A DNA stretch of 64,000 nucleotides from the IMG/VR virus record IMGVR_UViG_3300032038_000045, positions 25,174 to 89,173 of that record; one strand, given 5' to 3'. The stretch is from a virus. Its lineage: Duplodnaviria; Caudoviricetes. Numbering within the stretch: the stretch's first letter is position 1; each line of letters begins with the position of its first letter. Under the pieces are notes generated by a model. That model ran no database searches. It was not told where the DNA came from and saw only the letters and a program-made list of their open reading frames with translations. The position numbers were made by a program, and so were the translations under genes. Shown piece by piece: positions 41,323-51,273 of the stretch.

Positions 41323-41544
41323 TTAATCAATTACTTTAACAGGAAAATCAGGTTCTCCTTCTATATCATCATAAGAGCAATTTAAGATGTTTACAGTATT
41401 ATCTCCTTTGTCTTTAAGAGTAATATCTTTAAAATACCATACAACATCTTTACCATCATTAGTTTTTAAATTGGCAGAATAAGTTGCTCTACTCCAATCA
41501 TCAAGACGAACAAATTTGAGTTTTTCTCTTTTAATTGTTCTCAT
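41323..41544 (-). CDS. hypothetical protein
   Basis: 73-aa ORF abutting dUTPase. Confidence 0.6.
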   Translation of the reverse strand: MRTIKREKLKFVRLDDWSRATYSANLKTNDGKDVVWYFKDITLKDKGDNTVNILNCSYDDIEGEPDFPVKVID

Positions 41545-42000
41545 TTATTTACCAGTAGAACCAAATCCTCCTTCACCTCTTTCACTATCAGAAAGTTCTT
41601 CAACAACATTAAAGCAGACGTGAGGATAAGGGAGAATCATAATTTGACCAATACGTTCACCAACTTGATAAGGAGCACGACGAAGTTCTTGAGTACGAGA
41701 TTTATAAGCCATCATAAGTTCACCACGATAACCACTATCGAGAATACCTACACTATTAGTAAGATAAAAGTCAGTTTTACGATTAGAACTACGAGGGAAA
41801 ATAAGCATAACATAACCTTCAGGAACTTCAAAAGCAAGACCTGTATGATACATATAGCATTCATTCTTATTATCCCACTCTACAGAAGTACAAGTAATAT
41901 CCATTCCAGCATCACCATAATGAGCATAAGCTGGAACTATTGCCTCAGGAACAAGTTTTTTAACTTTAACTAATAAATCTTTTCGTACTAATGTATACAT
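41545..42000 (-). CDS. dut: trimeric dUTPase
   Basis: AGMDI, PRSS, GILDSGYRGE, QIMI, RGEGGFGSTG motifs. Confidence 0.97.
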   Translation of the reverse strand: MYTLVRKDLLVKVKKLVPEAIVPAYAHYGDAGMDITCTSVEWDNKNECYMYHTGLAFEVPEGYVMLIFPRSSNRKTDFYLTNSVGILDSGYRGELMMAYKSRTQELRRAPYQVGERIGQIMILPYPHVCFNVVEELSDSERGEGGFGSTGK

Positions 42001-42003
42001 AAT

Positions 42004-42516
42004 TTAAAGTTTTAAATTGTCAGCTGTAGGATGAATAGTCATATCTGAATTATCTCTCGATGTAGGATATGGGTCTGGAGTAGCAAGTTCTTTAAGATGC
42101 ATACCTAACCACATAATACCTTCTTGAATCTTAGTAATAACAAGATTTGTAGCTTTTGTAGATTGAAGAATTTTAACTTTTTGAATAGCCATATCTAAAA
42201 ACTTTCTCATAAGCTTAGTATCACCAATTTCATCTGCAGAGCTTCTAAGTCTATCACTTCTATAAAGATTTAAATTAACTTTTTCAATTTTAGCTCTTTC
42301 TTCAAGTATTTCAAGATATTCTCTCATATATTTAAGTTGTTTATCATAAATTTCTCTTGGACAAGTTGGAACAAAATCAAGAGTTTTAGCATCCCATTTT
42401 TCAACCATTATTTCAAGTTTTTCATAGCGAACTCTTGTTTGCCAATATTCAGCTATAAATCCGTCTATATAATCTGAACTTAGCATTAACGGCATTGTGT
42501 CTTGTAATTCATCCAT
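42004..42516 (-). CDS. two-domain helical protein, possible nucleotide-sponge anti-defence protein
   Basis: N-half resembles the crAss001_48-type family (LDFVPTCP...QLKYM..YL.ILE.RA.IE); C-half NLVITKIQEGIMWL resembles the Acb2/Tad1 hairpin signature; recognition from memory only. Confidence 0.45.
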   Translation of the reverse strand: MDELQDTMPLMLSSDYIDGFIAEYWQTRVRYEKLEIMVEKWDAKTLDFVPTCPREIYDKQLKYMREYLEILEERAKIEKVNLNLYRSDRLRSSADEIGDTKLMRKFLDMAIQKVKILQSTKATNLVITKIQEGIMWLGMHLKELATPDPYPTSRDNSDMTIHPTADNLKL

Positions 42517-42523
42517 AATTATT

Positions 42524-42769
42524 TTATTTAATAAATTCTTTATTTTCGTTTATAAAATCTGGTATATCAGCAAAAAATCTATTAAAACTATGTTTATCAC
42601 GAATAGTACAATGAAATCCTTTAAGAATATCTGTTTCGTCTAATTTCCAAATATAAACATCTATACATATATGGTCATTATAAACATTTAGAGAATAACT
42701 TACATTTGTATAGCGACAAGTATTATTTAGACGAAATATACATTGATTAATTAATTCTTTAGCCAGCAT
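42524..42769 (-). CDS. hypothetical protein
   Basis: 81-aa ORF in operon. Confidence 0.6.
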   Translation of the reverse strand: MLAKELINQCIFRLNNTCRYTNVSYSLNVYNDHICIDVYIWKLDETDILKGFHCTIRDKHSFNRFFADIPDFINENKEFIK

Positions 42770-42773
42770 AAGT

Positions 42774-43823
42774 TTAAGAATTTAAAACAAGATTACCGAG
42801 AACTTCTATCTTATTGGCTCTGTCCCCGTAAAGGAGAGAATCCATCCGTTTAAGACCTTCATTATTTTCCATATTGGAATAATAACCAGTTACAGCATTA
42901 TAGACACCCCAACCAGTACCTTCAAATTCTTTTTGACCAGGGCCGTTATGATAATACCATTCAATATTAGCAATTTGTTTAAGTTTTTGAGTAGAAATGT
43001 TTGCAAATTCAATAGCATTCCAATTTCTATCAAAGATATGTTTATAAGAATATCCTCCTTGATTAAGAGCATCTTTCTCCGCTTTACTAAATACTAAATC
43101 ACCAATAATAGTTTGGAATTTAATATCACTAACTTTCTTTTTAGCCATAGCAATATAAGCTTCTTGTAAATCATCGCTCATAACTCTACAAATACCAAGA
43201 AGTTCTTGTGCAGTGTTAATATTATTATTAACATTCTTAGTATGTCTAAAAGAAACATAATTAGTAGAATTTCTAATAGCAGCATTCAATGTATTTTCAC
43301 AAATAACTCTAATTGGAGTAAACAATATTTTAACACCAGTACTTCCATCATGAGAATTTGTAAAAACTAAATAAGACTCAACAGGGTCTCCTTTGACCAT
43401 AATATCATTAGGAAGTTTAGCAGAAACAAAAATTCTTTCTCCATAACCAAAAGAACCAGCGGTTTGCCAAATGGCAGAATTTTTCCCAATGGCATTATCG
43501 AAGAACTTAAATGCTTCAACATTTTGAACTGGAGTATATCTTTCCTTAACTATTCCCAAAGGAACTTTGGTATCATCTCTACATACAGCATAACCATTGG
43601 GAACTTGCATAAAAAGTTCATTACCAAGAAGTCTATGTTCAAGTCCTTCAGCTATCATCACATCTCCCTCTACGGGAAATTTAGAATAAATCTCTTGTTT
43701 ACTAACTGTCCAATCAAGGCCAGCTTTAGTCATAACTTCCTGTGAAGTTATACAATCTTCAACATTTGAAACACCTTTAAATCTAAAAGGTGCTCCTTTG
43801 ATTTTTACGAAACTCATATTCAA
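42774..43823 (-). CDS. DUF932 / TIGR03299 family protein
   Basis: AGLDWTV, YTPVQNVEAF.FFD, TAGSFGYGERIF, NSHDGS, TPIRVICENTL. Confidence 0.9.
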   Translation of the reverse strand: MNMSFVKIKGAPFRFKGVSNVEDCITSQEVMTKAGLDWTVSKQEIYSKFPVEGDVMIAEGLEHRLLGNELFMQVPNGYAVCRDDTKVPLGIVKERYTPVQNVEAFKFFDNAIGKNSAIWQTAGSFGYGERIFVSAKLPNDIMVKGDPVESYLVFTNSHDGSTGVKILFTPIRVICENTLNAAIRNSTNYVSFRHTKNVNNNINTAQELLGICRVMSDDLQEAYIAMAKKKVSDIKFQTIIGDLVFSKAEKDALNQGGYSYKHIFDRNWNAIEFANISTQKLKQIANIEWYYHNGPGQKEFEGTGWGVYNAVTGYYSNMENNEGLKRMDSLLYGDRANKIEVLGNLVLNS

Positions 43824-44505
43824 ATTCTGTATCTACGTTAAATTTCATTAAAGTAGGAGTGTTAATAATATCTTTTACAGGACAAATATTATAGTATCCT
43901 CTAAGTTTTTTAACATAATAATCGTCCCAAAAGACAAATTGTATCTTTTCAACATCTGCAAGAAGAATATTAGTTTTAATTGTAATAGGTGGAGCTGGAA
44001 AATATTTTCCATACTTTATTGTACTATTAAATAGATAAGCTCGTGTGAAATAATAAGAAGATAACCTATTACCAAATGCTATATAAATTCTATTATCATC
44101 TGTTATAAATTTATAATCTAAATGTTTTTCAGTATCAACAACTACATTATTTTTAACTTCTATAACATTTAATAAAATTGTTTTATAAGCATTCTCGTAA
44201 AATATACCTTTTGGGTCCATTTTAACATCGCTTCTTCTTATGTTTTCACTTATACCATATTTCTTAAATACAAATTCATCTTCTTTTAAAGTAAGGGGTA
44301 AGAACAATCCTCGATTATTTATAGTTGTAACGCCAGTTAAAACTTTCGCAAATCCATCTTTTGTTAAATCAGAAACATCCTTTTCAACAATTTTAATAAA
44401 TTCTTTCAAATATTTAATAGACCGTTCTAACCCCTCACTACTTGATGTTTTGTTTTTATTATAATATTCTTCTTCTTTTAAATATCTATCAGAAATTTCA
44501 CTCAT
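43783..44505 (-). CDS. hypothetical protein
   Basis: 240-aa ORF in operon. Confidence 0.65.
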   Translation of the reverse strand: MSEISDRYLKEEEYYNKNKTSSSEGLERSIKYLKEFIKIVEKDVSDLTKDGFAKVLTGVTTINNRGLFLPLTLKEDEFVFKKYGISENIRRSDVKMDPKGIFYENAYKTILLNVIEVKNNVVVDTEKHLDYKFITDDNRIYIAFGNRLSSYYFTRAYLFNSTIKYGKYFPAPPITIKTNILLADVEKIQFVFWDDYYVKKLRGYYNICPVKDIINTPTLMKFNVDTEFEYEFRKNQRSTF

Positions 44506-45260
44506 TACTTGATAGTTAAAGAAGTTTTATTTTCAAGTTTAGCAATAGTATATTTTATGTCTGGTTGAGAAACAAGACTTGCTTCAACTACATCTTCATA
44601 TATAGATGTTTCAACTTCATTCTCAGGATTAGCAAGTAAATCTTTAGAATAATCACATCTTCCAAGCATAAAATCTGTCATAGGAATAACAGTAGCTACT
44701 CTAAATTTTAGTTGTGTAAAATCAGCAACTGTAAACTCTTCAAAGTCTTCTCCATAATCAGCTTTAATAAGAGCATTTATAGCAACTAACATTCCACTAT
44801 AATCAATATCTTGACCTTGAACAAGAACACCCTCTCGATAAAGTTCATTTATATATCTACGAGTATAATCTCCAAGTATAGAAATTCTTTCAACATCTAT
44901 GTCAATAGATTTTCTTGTTTTTGTAAATAATTTATGAAGAGGAAGAACTAATACTTTATTACCAGAGTTTCCATCATCACCAAATTGAATTACTGCATCA
45001 AGAAGTTTACTTCTTAATTTTTCTACAAGATTTTTTCTTACATTTTGTAAATCATTAATTCTTTTCTTTTCATTTTTGCAGCATTCAATATCAGACTTAG
45101 TAACAGAGATAAGATTACAATAAGCATCTACTTTATCATCAAGTTCTTCTTTTGTAATATCTAACTTTTTTTCAAGTTCTTCACTAAGTTCTCCATCACA
45201 TTCTTCTACAACATTCAAAATGTTTTGGAGGTCTTCTGAAATTTCATATAAACTTTTCAT
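44505..45260 (-). CDS. Siphovirus Gp157-like protein
   Basis: MKSLYEI...GEL..EL...L.I..EEL..KVDAY plus coiled coil EKKRI. Confidence 0.75.
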   Translation of the reverse strand: MKSLYEISEDLQNILNVVEECDGELSEELEKKLDITKEELDDKVDAYCNLISVTKSDIECCKNEKKRINDLQNVRKNLVEKLRSKLLDAVIQFGDDGNSGNKVLVLPLHKLFTKTRKSIDIDVERISILGDYTRRYINELYREGVLVQGQDIDYSGMLVAINALIKADYGEDFEEFTVADFTQLKFRVATVIPMTDFMLGRCDYSKDLLANPENEVETSIYEDVVEASLVSQPDIKYTIAKLENKTSLTIK

Positions 45261-45439
45261 AATAGTTTCAATTCTTCTATTTGTAATTTATTCTCAGAAT
45301 ACATATAAGATATTGAATCAATATCTAATCCATATTCTTCTTCAAGAATTTCAGTGAAGTTAATTTCATCATCTGAAATTCTTTCATCTTCTATTTCACA
45401 AATAGAATTTGTAACATAATCTAAAATATAACAATACAT
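45257..45439 (-). CDS. small acidic hypothetical protein
   Basis: 60 aa, overlapping start/stop with neighbours. Confidence 0.55.
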   Translation of the reverse strand: MYCYILDYVTNSICEIEDERISDDEINFTEILEEEYGLDIDSISYMYSENKLQIEELKLL

Positions 45440-45440
45440 A

Positions 45441-46475
45441 TTATTTCAATTCATTTTTATGATTAGTAATAACATCAGGAAAATTCTGATAAATAATATT
45501 CTCAACTTCTTTAGCTATAACTTTAGCATTAGGATGAGGTTTACCAGTTTTTCCATAAAGTCTTAAATCAAGGAAATGAATCCATTCTTCTATTCTATAT
45601 GTATAAATACATTTAGTAGCAGTATCAAGAGGTAACATTCCTCTTGCATCTTCAGGTTTCATTCCTTTTTTAATAGCAGCAAGGTATCTCTCTTCTGCAT
45701 CAAGACAAGTATGAACCCATTCATCAGCTGTACAATAACATAAAGAGGAACCATCTTCTTGAGGAATACCCCAAGCACCAAAAGGTTTCTCTTTATTATC
45801 TCGATTTACCCCGTAAAAGAAGATGGAGTTCTCGCATTCACAAACTATTCTTCCATCTTTTTTATTAACTACAAGATAAGGATATTCTTCATCAGTATCA
45901 GAATCAATTAATGCAGCCAACCAATGAGGTTCAACAAAAGATACATTTCCATTATACTTATCTTTTGAGAAATTACAATATCTTGTGGATTGTTCACAAA
46001 TATTGTTTGGAGAAATTCTATTAAGTTCTCTTGAAGTAGAAATTTGAGTAACAACTTCAAATGTAAATCTTATCAATTTTACAACTTCTTCTACACAATT
46101 ATATTTATTAGCAAAAGCTAAGAAATTAAGTTCGTTTACTTGATATTTTGCTAAAACTCCCATCCAATCATTTTCTCTTTTAAATTGAGAATTAACAGAA
46201 ACAAATATTACTTTATTCTTTACATTTTCATAATATCCACAATAAGGAGAATAACAGAATAAATATTTAATTTCTTCACTAATTAGAGGTGTATTAATAA
46301 CATAATATGAAGTACCATGACGAAAAGGACTTCTATGTCCAGCTTTCCATAATTGCTCAAGCCATTCTACAGTACCTTGTTTATTAGAATTATAACATAT
46401 AGAGGCAGCATATCCTATTTGAGAAACATTATTTCCTAAATCTATATGTTTAACTGTCGCTGGAATTATCTTCAT
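45441..46475 (-). CDS. thyX: FAD-dependent thymidylate synthase
   Basis: GHRSPFRH, SRELNR...EQSTRYCNFS (RHR motif altered to RIS), PEDARGMLP, HFLDLR...PHP. Confidence 0.9.
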   Translation of the reverse strand: MKIIPATVKHIDLGNNVSQIGYAASICYNSNKQGTVEWLEQLWKAGHRSPFRHGTSYYVINTPLISEEIKYLFCYSPYCGYYENVKNKVIFVSVNSQFKRENDWMGVLAKYQVNELNFLAFANKYNCVEEVVKLIRFTFEVVTQISTSRELNRISPNNICEQSTRYCNFSKDKYNGNVSFVEPHWLAALIDSDTDEEYPYLVVNKKDGRIVCECENSIFFYGVNRDNKEKPFGAWGIPQEDGSSLCYCTADEWVHTCLDAEERYLAAIKKGMKPEDARGMLPLDTATKCIYTYRIEEWIHFLDLRLYGKTGKPHPNAKVIAKEVENIIYQNFPDVITNHKNELK

Positions 46476-47514
46476 AATAACTATTATTTGGCTGTTTTTT
46501 ATTTATTGGGTCACTATAAGCATATTGTTGAAATGAATTATTGCTTATATGTATTAATCTTGCTTTACCAATAAAAGATTTAAGATTTGATACTCCACAA
46601 TATGATAGAGTAGAAGCTAAATAAGAAGTAAACTCCCTAACAAATTGTCCAAGAGTTTTAGTTATCTTAATATATTTAAAGAAACCTTCTTCTATCTTTT
46701 CATATTCAAGATTTTTATCATTTTCTCTTTGAGCTTTGATAGTACTCATTCCATAATAACTATTAACTTTATTAAATAAAATAGTTTTAACAGGTTTAGT
46801 ACCACATTCTTCACATTCAGCAAACATTTTACCAAGCATAACATAATCAGCTCCAAGAGCTAAAGCTTTAATAGCTTGTCCATAAGTAGAAATTCCACCA
46901 TCTGCAATAACTTTTGGAGAATTTGGAATATTTCTTCTTAAAGAATTAATATCATTAAGAAGAGTTGCCATAGGATAATGAATACCTGTATTTACAGATG
47001 TTGTACAAGCAGCTCCTCCACCAATTCCAACTCTCACATAATCTATTTTAGCTTCGCAATAAGCAATATAAGTTTCAGGATTAGCAATATTACCTGTCAT
47101 TATTTGTAATTTATGGAAATACTTTTCTTTAGCTTCTCTACATTTATCAAGAAGTCTTTTCATATTTCCATTAGCACAATCTATACAAATTTCAATTACA
47201 GTAGTACTTCTAATTTTATAAGTTTTATCTATAAATATTTCTTCAAATTCTTTTAATGAAAGAGCAACCCATTGTACACCAAAAAATCTTTTTCTTGTTT
47301 CAAGAGGAACTCCTCTCGGAATGATAGGGATTATATCATAATTATTATAAATATCATAATTCTTATCATCTACAATACAATTCATAGGTGCAGTAAAAAT
47401 AGGAAGAGTATCTCCTTGTCTTATATCACAATCACTTCTATGTTCAATAGGCGATGTTATAGCCGGAATTATTGCTACATCATCTAATGATAAATAAAGT
47501 TCTTTTTCAATCAT
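46450..47514 (-). CDS. IMP dehydrogenase/GMP reductase family enzyme, no CBS domains
   Basis: TAPM, IDCANG, GNIA, VGIGGGAACTT (catalytic Cys), IADGGI, KALALGADYVMLG, YYGMST. Confidence 0.9.
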   Translation of the reverse strand: MIEKELYLSLDDVAIIPAITSPIEHRSDCDIRQGDTLPIFTAPMNCIVDDKNYDIYNNYDIIPIIPRGVPLETRKRFFGVQWVALSLKEFEEIFIDKTYKIRSTTVIEICIDCANGNMKRLLDKCREAKEKYFHKLQIMTGNIANPETYIAYCEAKIDYVRVGIGGGAACTTSVNTGIHYPMATLLNDINSLRRNIPNSPKVIADGGISTYGQAIKALALGADYVMLGKMFAECEECGTKPVKTILFNKVNSYYGMSTIKAQRENDKNLEYEKIEEGFFKYIKITKTLGQFVREFTSYLASTLSYCGVSNLKSFIGKARLIHISNNSFQQYAYSDPINKKQPNNSYYEDNSSDS

Positions 47515-48212
47515 ATTAATATAAACTTTATTATATTTTTTATATGATAAAATAAATTAGCTTCTTTAACAAGTCTACCAATTTTATCTCGTTCAACCAA
47601 ATCTAATGGAATATCATAATCACTCGGCAACCTATTGTCAGTCGGATTAATTATTATTCCCCCGTAAGAGAAGTATTTCTTAAACTCAAGAAATTCTTGT
47701 AGTTTATTAATTCCTTTAACAATACAAATTCTATTTATAAAAGAAATATCACTTATCTTTCTAAAATGTTTATATAAATCAGCTTTACCAAAATTTATAC
47801 GAAGTACAGTTTCATATATTTCTTTCAAGTCTTTAATCTTTAATACAGGATTTCTAATAGAATCAATTAATAATCTTTTACAATCATCTGGTGTTTTAAC
47901 ATCATCAGCATATACTATATCATTCAATATAGTTATTTCTATATCATCTATTATTCTATGTTCTTGAAAGTTATACCATCTATTTCTTCTAATATGTTTT
48001 TCTTCAAAACCAAAAACATCAAGAAATATCCTCTCTCTTTCTTTATTTATATCATAAATTCTTCTATTAATAGAAGATATATTTCCACTTTTATCAAATA
48101 AGTAATTATTATATGTTGCAGCAGTATATCCTTTAGTATAAATATAATTAACCATATTTATTATATCAGTATCATCATTTACTACTATTATTTGATAGTC
48201 TTGCATACACAA
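47511..48212 (-). CDS. hypothetical protein (ATG at 48206 is the likely start)
   Basis: 233-aa ORF; track start is TTG. Confidence 0.65.
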   Translation of the reverse strand: MCMQDYQIIVVNDDTDIINMVNYIYTKGYTAATYNNYLFDKSGNISSINRRIYDINKERERIFLDVFGFEEKHIRRNRWYNFQEHRIIDDIEITILNDIVYADDVKTPDDCKRLLIDSIRNPVLKIKDLKEIYETVLRINFGKADLYKHFRKISDISFINRICIVKGINKLQEFLEFKKYFSYGGIIINPTDNRLPSDYDIPLDLVERDKIGRLVKEANLFYHIKNIIKFILI

Positions 48213-48241
48213 ATATAATAATTTTTCTGAAATAATAAAAT

Positions 48242-48359
48242 AAAAAATCTTAGCAAATTTTAATGAATTTCCGGCTTTCTAACGCATTCAATTTTTGAAG
48301 TTGAGCGAGTCTTCATCTTTAATATTTCAATTCATTGTGAATAGAAATAGATGGCAAAG
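48242..48359 (-). repeat. ~120-bp intergenic element, copy C
   Basis: CTTTGCCATC start as in A and B; ungapped alignment to E. Confidence 0.85.
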
Positions 48360-48397
48360 AGAAGAAATAAGGGAGCAAATTATCACAACTTGCTCCC
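48357..48397 (-). terminator. intrinsic terminator
   Basis: GGGAGCAA/TTGCTCCC stem with U-rich tail on - strand, immediately after the 48402 stop. Confidence 0.75.
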
Positions 48398-48401
48398 ATC
48401 C

Positions 48402-48749
48402 TCATACAATACGGAAAACATCAGCGTTATCAATAGTTTCAACATAATCAACAATTATGTTTCCTCTATCTTTACATTCATTAATTACATAATCTTTTAT
48501 TTCTCCTAAAAGTTTAACCTTACATTTATTGTACATATTAGTTTCACATACTCTACAATTATCATCAAAAGCTGTATCGCTTAGAATAAGATAATATTGA
48601 GTTATACCTTTTTGTGAATCATAATTTGCAGCTTCAACAAAAAACTTGTATTTCCTCTTTACGGGGAAAATAAAGTAATTAAGTTTAAAATCGTAATAAG
48701 GTTTTTTATGATTACTAATAGGATTTATAATATTATATTTTGCTATCAT
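48402..48749 (-). CDS. hypothetical protein
   Basis: 115-aa ORF coupled to ligase. Confidence 0.6.
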   Translation of the reverse strand: MIAKYNIINPISNHKKPYYDFKLNYFIFPVKRKYKFFVEAANYDSQKGITQYYLILSDTAFDDNCRVCETNMYNKCKVKLLGEIKDYVINECKDRGNIIVDYVETIDNADVFRIV

Positions 48750-49993
48750 AGTTTTTCAAGTTGTTTAAGTCTAACTTCCTTTATATGGAAAGGAACTTGA
48801 TTAACTCCACTTCTTTCACCAAAGGAAATTAGAAGTTTTCTACCTATTAGAGTATCTCTATTATAAAGACATTCACGTTGATAACTAAAGTTTCCACCTA
48901 TATGACATTCAAATGTTTCATCGTTAATATCATTTTTACATTTGAATAATGGAATATCATCACGCTTATTACCTTCAGGATAAATATCAATAATTTCAAA
49001 TTCTCCATCAGTAGTTTTCTTAAACTTAATCATAGAAGAATTACGTTTACCAAATTGATATTCAGCCTCAGGGTCTCTAAGAATAAGACCTTCAAAACCT
49101 TTATCAATGAAAGAATCTCTCATTTTCACAGCATCATTACCATTTTCAACAATTCTATGAGGTAAATATTCTATAACTGCTCTATGAGTTAAATGAGTTT
49201 GAATACTTCCAAAATCAGTAATAAAATGATAAAGATAAGTATCAAGAATTTTAAGTCTTTCTATTTGAGTATAATCTTCACAAGCTATATCATAACACCA
49301 AAATTGAACAAGTTTATTCTCAGGACATCTTGGGTCTTTGACAGCATGATTAATTTCATTTACAGAATATCCAGGAATATAAACTTCTCCATCCAATGCC
49401 CAACCTTCATGAATCATATTTTCAAGAAGTTCATCAGGAAGTAATAAAAGAAGATTAGATTCAAGATAACCAAGACTTTTCCAAATAATACCTTCTCTAC
49501 TCTGAAACTGAAGATGTTTAGTAGCAAACAAACCTCCATCTTCATAAGCAGTTATAAAACATCTAAGACCATTAATTTTCCATTGTGCAAAATAGTAAGA
49601 TGTTTTATTAAATAGTTTATTATTTTCATTATCGTAAGTTTTGGCAAGCATAGGAAGAAGTTTACCTTCTGCATCAGTTCTATCATCTGAAAGATAAGTA
49701 GAAAGCCAAGAATGCAACTCTCCTCTACGGGGAAGGTCCTTATCATCTCGTATTTCATTAAGATATTTATAACCTTGTTTTCTTTTCTGATTAATACGAG
49801 ACATTATTTCATCTTCAGGAGGTCTATTAGTAGGACTAACATAAACATTAATTGTTTTATCTAATATACCATGATAAACCTTTATTGTATTTTCAGAATA
49901 TTTAACTGCGTGCCAAACACATATATTGCCTCTATTATCTTTTCTGTAAAGACTATTTAGATAATTTACATTATCTATTGCATTTTCATTCAT
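48746..49993 (-). CDS. ATP-dependent DNA ligase
   Basis: Motif I variant QWKINGLRC, LDGEVY, WCYD, EGLILR, MIKFK; OB-fold C-terminus. Confidence 0.9.
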   Translation of the reverse strand: MNENAIDNVNYLNSLYRKDNRGNICVWHAVKYSENTIKVYHGILDKTINVYVSPTNRPPEDEIMSRINQKRKQGYKYLNEIRDDKDLPRRGELHSWLSTYLSDDRTDAEGKLLPMLAKTYDNENNKLFNKTSYYFAQWKINGLRCFITAYEDGGLFATKHLQFQSREGIIWKSLGYLESNLLLLLPDELLENMIHEGWALDGEVYIPGYSVNEINHAVKDPRCPENKLVQFWCYDIACEDYTQIERLKILDTYLYHFITDFGSIQTHLTHRAVIEYLPHRIVENGNDAVKMRDSFIDKGFEGLILRDPEAEYQFGKRNSSMIKFKKTTDGEFEIIDIYPEGNKRDDIPLFKCKNDINDETFECHIGGNFSYQRECLYNRDTLIGRKLLISFGERSGVNQVPFHIKEVRLKQLEKL

Positions 49994-50573
49994 GTTTATT
50001 GAAATTAAAATGTAAATGTTCGGGCTTAATATAATTATTAGATTTAACTTTAGATTTTCTTTTTAATCTGTCATTAAGTTCATCTAATAAATTAGGATTA
50101 TCTGATTCTATTTCTTCACCAGTTTTTGGATTGAAATAAATGTATACTTCTTTATTAGTAAATAAATCTATTGTTACTTTACGAATAAATTTATTTTCAA
50201 CTTTAACCTTTTTAGGTTTATCTGTTTTTACTTTCTTAGCTTTAGAAATAACAGGAGTTTTATATTCAGATTCAAACTCTAAATTAGCATTATGTCTTTC
50301 TAATAATATATCATAATAAGTATTATATGTTATTTCATTTTTAATTTTCAATAAAATTCTAATATAAAGATAAATAGTATTTTCGTAACTATAATGGTTT
50401 GTACTAATTAGTTGTTGACCTTTTTTATTAAGTCTTGTACAATCTAATTCTTTAAGTAATTCATCTAAACAAGCAACATAATTATTATTATGTTTTTCTA
50501 ATAAATTAAAATATAATTCTGTATCTAAATATCCATATGGAGGATAAGCAGTATTTATAATTATATCTTTCAT
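49986..50573 (-). CDS. hypothetical protein
   Basis: 195-aa ORF with Lys-rich C-terminus. Confidence 0.6.
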   Translation of the reverse strand: MKDIIINTAYPPYGYLDTELYFNLLEKHNNNYVACLDELLKELDCTRLNKKGQQLISTNHYSYENTIYLYIRILLKIKNEITYNTYYDILLERHNANLEFESEYKTPVISKAKKVKTDKPKKVKVENKFIRKVTIDLFTNKEVYIYFNPKTGEEIESDNPNLLDELNDRLKRKSKVKSNNYIKPEHLHFNFNKHE

Positions 50574-50803
50574 ATCAAATCAAATAAAGAACAAGAACGA
50601 ATAGTAAAATCTTCTTTTATGTTTTTAAAGATAAGTCTATCATTGTTATCTATTTCTTTATCTTTATAAGAATTTATCCAATTAGAAACTTGTCCTTCAT
50701 AAAAGTTTTCAGCTTCAAAATAATCACTTGTTAAACAAATTGGTAACTCAGCACCATCTTTTTCAAGAAATACACCATAATTAGCTATTTCTATATCTTT
50801 CAT
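50570..50803 (-). CDS. hypothetical protein
   Basis: 77-aa ORF with overlapping junctions. Confidence 0.55.
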   Translation of the reverse strand: MKDIEIANYGVFLEKDGAELPICLTSDYFEAENFYEGQVSNWINSYKDKEIDNNDRLIFKNIKEDFTIRSCSLFDLI

Positions 50804-51273
50804 TTTATCAGATTCATTATTTGTTTCTTCGCAAATGCTTCAGGAAGTTTAAATACAATAATGTTTTTCGGATTTCCAAGCCAAACAAGATTATATTTAA
50901 TCCAAGTTATAAGATTAAAAGTTTGAGACTGTAAATAAGAACCTCTATTTTCATCAAATGGAACGATTCCATTTTTATAATTAATTTTAGTATAATACCA
51001 ATGATTATTATAACAATCCCAAATTTTCTTCTCTGATTTTTTAAGAACATTTATATCACTTTGTTTGGTTAAATCAATATCGCCAAATAGAATTACATCA
51101 TCTGGACTAATAAAACGGTCTCCAAGTTTAAAACCAGCCTGACCTTTAAATTGTTTTTCTTTCTTTATAGAATCAAGTTCTTTTTCAGATATAGCTTGCA
51201 TAAAAGTATAAGAATTTTTAGAATGGTCTAATACTATTCTTTTTCTCATACCAAAGATGTTTAATGCTTTCAT
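50800..51273 (-). CDS. hypothetical protein
   Basis: 157-aa ORF after primase. Confidence 0.6.
   Translation of the reverse strand: MKALNIFGMRKRIVLDHSKNSYTFMQAISEKELDSIKKEKQFKGQAGFKLGDRFISPDDVILFGDIDLTKQSDINVLKKSEKKIWDCYNNHWYYTKINYKNGIVPFDENRGSYLQSQTFNLITWIKYNLVWLGNPKNIIVFKLPEAFAKKQIMNLIK

Noticed and set aside
48210-48217. TATATTTG box on the - strand as a promoter
   Set aside because: It ends 3 nt before the likely ATG and has no correctly spaced -33 TTTG
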